Assembly (NCBI RefSeq): GCF_009914755.1
Contig: NC_060926.1
Length of the DNA stretch: 64,000 nucleotides
Reading direction: 5' to 3' (one strand)
From: the human T2T-CHM13v2.0 reference genome, Homo sapiens
Both the position numbers and the translations under genes were made by a program. Shown one piece after another: positions 58,401-64,000 of the stretch (positions are counted from its first letter, which is position 1; every line of letters begins with the position of its first letter). The notes beneath the pieces were generated by a model. It was not told the DNA's origin. It worked only from the letters and a program-made list of their open reading frames with translations, and did not search any database.

Positions 58401-61400
58401 ATAATCTGCTACAAATAGAAATAGTGTCCAGAGTGAGAAACCCTGCTCTAGAAACCTTACAGTGTACAGTCCAGCCGCCATATCAGAAAAATCATCTGCT
58501 CCAAATAGAAAGAGTGCCCAGAGTGAGAAACCCTGCTCTAGAAACCCTACAGTGTACAGGCCAGCCGCAACATCAGAGAATAATCTGCTCCAAACTACAA
58601 ATAGTGCCCAGAGTGAGAAACCTTGCTCTAGAAACCTTGCAGTGTACAGGCCAGCCGCCACATCAGAGAATAATCTGCTCCAAATAGAAATAGTGCCCAG
58701 AGTGAGAAACCCTGCTCTAGAAACCCTACAGTGTACAGGCCAGCCGCCACATCAGAGAATAATCTGCTCCAAATAGAAATAGTGCCCAGAGTGAGAAACC
58801 CTGCTCTAGAAACCCTACAGTGTACAGGCCAGCCGCCACATCAGAGAATAATCTGCTCCAAACTAGAAATAGTGCCCAGTGTGAGAAACCCTGCTCTAGA
58901 AACCCTACAGTGTACAGACCGGCCGCCACATCAGAGAATAATCTGCTCCAAATAGAAATAGTGCCCAGAGTGAGAAACCCTGCTGTAGAAACCCTACAGT
59001 GTACAGGCCAGCCGCCACATCAGAGAATAATCTGCTCCAAATAGAAATAGTGGCCAGAGTGAGAAACCCTGCTCTAGAAACCCTACAGTGTACAGGCCAG
59101 CCGCCACATCAGAGAATAATCTGCTCCAAAATAGAAATAATGCCCAGAGTGAGAAACCCTGCTCTAGAAAGCCTACAGTGTACAGGCCAGCCGCCACATC
59201 AGAGATAATCTGCTCCAAATAGAAATAGTGCCCAGAGTGAGAAATCCTGCTCTAGAAATCCTACAGTGTACAGGCCAGCCGCCACATCAGAGAATAATCT
59301 GCTCCAAAATAGAAATAGTGCCCAGAGTGAGAAACCCTGCTCTAGAAACCCTACAGTGTAAAGGCCAGCCGCCACATCAGAGAATAATCTGCTCCAAATA
59401 GAAATAGTGCCCAGAGTGAGAAGCCTTGCTCTAGAAATCCTACAGTGTACAGGCTCCAGAAACCCTGCTCTAGAAACCCTACAGTGTACAGGCCAGCCGC
59501 CACATCAAAGAACAATCTGCTCCAAAATAGAAATAGTGCCCAGAGTGAGAAACCCTGCTCTAGAAACCCTACAGTGTACAGGCCAGCCGCCACATCAGAG
59601 AATAATCTGCTCCAAATAGAAACAGTGCCCAGAGTGAGAAGCCTTGCTCTAGAAATCCTACAGTGTACAGGCTCCAGAAACCCTGCTCTAGAAACCCTAC
59701 AGTGTACAGGCCAGCCGCCACATCAGAGAATAATCGGCTCCAAAATAGAAATAGTGCCCAGAGAGAGAAGCCTTCCTCTAGAAATCCTACAGTGTACAGG
59801 CTCCAGAAACCCTGCTCTAGAAATCCTACAGTGTACAGGCGAGCCGCCACATCAGAGAATAATCTGCTCCAAATTAGAAATAGTGCCCAGAGTGAGAAAC
59901 CCTGCTCTAGAAAACCTACAGTGTACAGGCCAGCCGCCACATCAGAGAATAATCTGCTCCAAATAGAAATAGTGTTCAGAGTAAGAAACCCTGCTCTAGA
60001 AACCCTACAGTGTACAGGCCAGCCGCCACATCAGAGAATAATCTGCTCCAAACTAGAAATAGTGCCCAGAGTTAGAAACCCTGCTCTAGAAACCCTACAG
60101 TGTACAGGCCACCCCCCACATCAGAGAATAATCTGCTCCAAATAGAAATAGTGCCCAGAGTGAGAAACCCTGCTCTAGAAACCCTACAGTATACAGGCCA
60201 GACGCCACATCAGAGAATAATCAGCTCCAAATAGAAATAGTGCCCAGAGTGAGAAACCCTGCTCTAGAAACCCTACAGTGTACAGGCCAGCCGCCACATC
60301 AGAGAATAATCTGCTCCAAATAGAAATAGTGTCCAGAGTGAGAAACCCTGCTCTAGAAACCTTACAGTGTACAGCCCAGCCGCCATATCAGAAAAATAAT
60401 CTGCTCCAAATAGAAAGAGTGCCCAGAGTGAGAAACCCTGCTCTAGAAACCCTACAGTGTACAGGCCAGCCGCAATATCAGAGAATAATCTGCTCCAAAC
60501 TACAAATAGTGCCCAGAGTGAGAAACCTTGCTCTAGAAACCTTGCAGTGTACAGGCCAGCCGCCACATCAGAGAATAATCTGCTCCAAATAGAAATAGTG
60601 CCCAGAGTGAGAAACCCTGCTCTAGAAACCCTACAGTGTACAGGCCAGCCGCCACATCAGAGAATAATCTGCTCCAAATAGAAATAGTGCCCAGAGTGAG
60701 AAACCCTGCTCTAGAAACCCTACAGTGTACAGGCCAGCCGCCACATCAGAGAATAATCTGCTCCAAACTAGAAATAGTGCCCAGTGTGAGAAACCCTGCT
60801 CTAGAAACCCTACAGTGTACAGACCGGCCGCCACATCAGAGAATCATCTGCTCCAAATAGAAATAGTGCCCAGAGTGAGAAACCCTGCTGTAGAAACCCT
60901 AAAGTGTACAGGTCAGCCGCCACATCAGAGAATAATCTGCTCCAAATAGAAATAGTGGCCAGAGTGAGAAACCCTGATCTAGAAACCCTACAGTGTACAG
61001 GCCAGCCGCCACATCAGAGAATAATCTGCTCCAAAATAGAAATAATGCCCAGAGTGAGAAACCCTGCTCTAGAAACCCTACAGTGTACAGGCCAGCCGCC
61101 ACATCAGAGATAATCTGCTCCAAATAGAAATAGTGCCCAGAGTGAGAAATCCTGGTCTAGAAATCCTACAGTGTACAGGCCAGCCGCCACATCAGAGAAT
61201 AATCTGCTCCAAAATAGAAATAGTGCCCAGAGTGAGAAACCCTGCTCTAGAAACCCTACAGTGTAAAGGCGAGCCGCCACATCAGAGAATAATCTGCTCC
61301 AAATAGAAATAGTGCCCAGAGTGAGAAGTCTTGCTCTAGAAATCCTACAGTGTACAGGCTCCAGAAACCCTGCTCTAGAAACCCTACAGTGTACAGGCCA

Positions 61401-64000
61401 GCCGCCACATCAAAGAACAATCTGCTCCAAAATAGAAATAGTGCCCAGAGTGAGAAACCCTGCTCTAGAAACCCTACAGTGTACAGGCCAGCCGCCACAT
61501 CAGAGAATAATCTGCTCCAAATAGAAACAGTGCCCAGAGTGAGAAGCTTTGCTCTAGAAATCCTACAGTGTACAGGCTCCAGAAACCCTGCTCTAGAAAC
61601 CCTACAGTGTACAGGACAGCCGCCACATCAGAGAATAATCTGCTCCAAAATAGAAATAGTGCCCAGAGTGAGAAGCCTTCCTCTAGAAATCCTACAGTGT
61701 ACAGGCTCCAGAAACCCTGCTCTAGAAATCCTACAGTGTACAGGCCAGCCGCCACATCAGAGAATAATCTGCTCCAAACTAGAAATAGTGCCCAGAGTGA
61801 GAAACCCTGCTCTAGAAACCCTACAGGGTACAGGCCCCCCGCCACATCAGACAATAATCTGCTCCAAATAGAAATAGTGCCCAGAGTGAGAAACCCTGCT
61901 CTAGAAACCCTGCAGTGTACAGGCCAGCCGCCACATCAGAGAATAATCTGCTCCAAATAGAAATAGTGGCCAGAGTGACAAACCCTGCTCTAGAAACCCT
62001 ACAGTGTACAGGCTCCAGAAACCCTGCTGTAGAAACCCTACAGTGTACAGGCCAGCCGCCACATCAGAGAATAATCTGCTCCAAAGTAGAAATAGTGCCC
62101 AGAGTGAGAAACCCTGCTCTAGAAACCCTACAGTGTACAGGCCAGCCGCCACATCAGAGAATAATCTGCTCCAAAATAGAAATAGTGCCCAGAGTGAGAA
62201 ACACTGCTCTAGAAACCCTACAGTGTACAGGCTCCACAAACCCTGCTCTAGAAACCCTACAGGGTACAGGCCAGCCGCCACATCAGAGAAAAATCTGCTC
62301 CAAATAGAAATAGTGCCCAGAGTGAGAAACCCTGCTCTAGAAACCCTACATTGTACAGGCCAGCCGCCACATGAGAGAATAATCTGCTCCAAAATAGAAA
62401 TAGTGCCCAGAGTGAGAAACCCTGCTCCAGAAACCCTACAGTGTACAGGCCAGCCGCCACATCAGAGAATAATCTGCTCCAAATAGAAATAGTGGCCAGA
62501 GTGAGAAACCCTGCTCTACAAACCGTACAGTGTACAGGCCAGCCGCCACATCAGAGAATAATCTGCTCCAAACTAGAAATAGTGCCCAGAGTGAGAAACC
62601 CTGCTCTAGAAACCCTACAGTGTATAGGCCAGCCGCCACATCAGAGAATAATCTGCTCCAAATAGAAATAGTGCCCAGAGCGAGAAACCCTGCTCTAGAA
62701 ACCCTACAGTGTACAGGCCAGCCGCCACATCAGAGAATAATCTGCTCCAAATAGAAATAGTGCCCAGAGTGAGAAACCCTGCTCTAGAAACCCTACAGTG
62801 TACAGGTCAGCCGCCACATCAGAGAATAATCTGCTCCAAATAGAAATAGTGCCCAGAGTGAGAAACCCTGCTCTAGAAACCCTACAGTATACAGGCCAGT
62901 TGCCACATCAGAGAATAGTCTGCTCCAAAATATAAATAGTGCCCAGAGTGAGAAACACTGGTCTAGAAATCCTACAGTGTACAGGCTCCAGAAACCCTGA
63001 TCTAGAAACCCTACAGTGTACAGGCCAGCCGCCACATCAGAGAATAATCTGCTCCAAATAGAAATAGTGCCCAGAGTGAGAAACAGTGCTTTAGAAAACC
63101 TACAGTGTACAGGCCAGCCGCCACATCAGAGAATAATCTGCTCCAAATAGAAATAGTGCCCAGAGTGAGAAACCCTGCTCTAGAAACCTTGCAGTGTACA
63201 GGCCAGCCGCCACATCGGAGAATAATCTGCTCCAAATAGAAATAGTGCCCAGAGTGAGAAACCCTGCTCTAGAAACCCCACAGTGTACAGGCCAGCCGCC
63301 ACATCAGAGAATAATCTACTCCAAAATAGAAATAGTGCCCAGAGTGAGAAACCCTGCTCTAGAAACCCTATAGTGTACAGGCCAGCCGCCACATCAGAGA
63401 AAAATCTGCTCCAAATAGAAATAGTGCCCAGAGTGAGAAACCCTGCTCTAGAAACCCTACAGTGTACAGGCCAGCCGCCACATCAAGGAATAATCTGCTC
63501 CACATAGAAATAGTGCCCAGAGTGAGAAACCCTTCTCTAGAAACCCTACAGTATACACGCCAGCCGCCACATCAGAGAATAATCTGCTCCAAATAGAAAT
63601 AGTGCCCAGAGTGAGATACCCTGCTCTAGAAACCTTACAGTGTACAGGCCAGCCGTCACATGAGAGAATAATCTGCTCCAAATAGAAATAGTGCCCAGAG
63701 TGAGAAACCCTGCTCTAGAAACCCTACAGTGTATACGCTCCAGAAACCCTGGTCTAGAAACCCTACAGTGTACAGGTCAGCCGCCACATGATAGAATAAT
63801 CTGCTCCAAATAGAAATAGTGCCGAGAGTGAGAAACCCTGCTCTAGAAACCCTACAGTGTACAGGCCAGATGCCACATCAGAGAATAATCTGATCCAAAC
63901 TAGAAATAGTGCCCAGAGTGAGAAAACCTGCTCTAGGAACCCTACAGTATACAGGCTCCAGAAAACCTACTCTAGAAACCCTACAGTGTACAGGCCAGCC
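55361..64000 (+). repeat. MER20-derived tandem array (VNTR), 89/90-bp unit with 39-bp variants, roughly 100 units, truncated by window end
   Basis: Unit CCTACAGTGTACAGGCCAGCCGCCACATCAGAGAATAATCTGCTCCAAATAGAAATAGTGCCCAGAGTGAGAAACCCTGCTCTAGAAAC; first period 55361 to 55450 = 89 bp. Confidence 0.98.

Noticed and set aside
55451-63681. Dozens of ORFs (MYRPAATSENNLLQ..., MAAGLYTVGFLEQGFSLW...) suggesting a repeat protein
   Set aside because: Artefacts of an 89/90/39-bp tandem repeat; the main unit is not a multiple of 3, starts are mostly GTG, stops recur, and the unit derives from non-coding MER20
55361-64000. CRISPR-like array
   Set aside because: No unique spacers and no cas genes; human context; whole units are repeated

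Overview
Human genomic DNA; an AluYb8 insertion supports human origin. The translated exons identify the PDE6D/COPS7B locus (2q37.1 from prior knowledge). Positions 1-13.6 kb are Alu/L1/L2/MIR-rich intron 1 of PDE6D (minus strand). Its coding exon 1 lies at 13636-13685 and ends in a U12-like GTATCC donor, inside a CpG-island promoter with three tandem ZNF143-type motifs. COPS7B runs on the plus strand: non-coding exon 1 ends at 19109, six coding exons assemble to 795 nt (264 aa + stop), and the 3' UTR extends to about 41.8 kb. A 53-nt cassette exon at 33726-33778 would switch the last exon into a second reading frame. Two processed pseudogenes lie on the minus strand (RPL28 in COPS7B intron 2, GAMT downstream), followed by a near full-length Tigger1 and MaLR LTRs. 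The most unusual structure is at 53.8-64 kb. A MER20 (hAT-Charlie) element was hit by an Alu and by an L1 that itself carries a tailless 5S rRNA fragment. Its right end plus the CTCTAGAA target site was then amplified into a >8.6 kb tandem array of 89/90-bp and 39-bp units with 1.4-2.0 kb higher-order periodicity, continuing past the window end. I found no convincing novel protein-coding system; nearly all short ORFs in the track are repeat-derived. Repeat family calls rest on remembered consensus sequences, and repeat boundaries are approximate.
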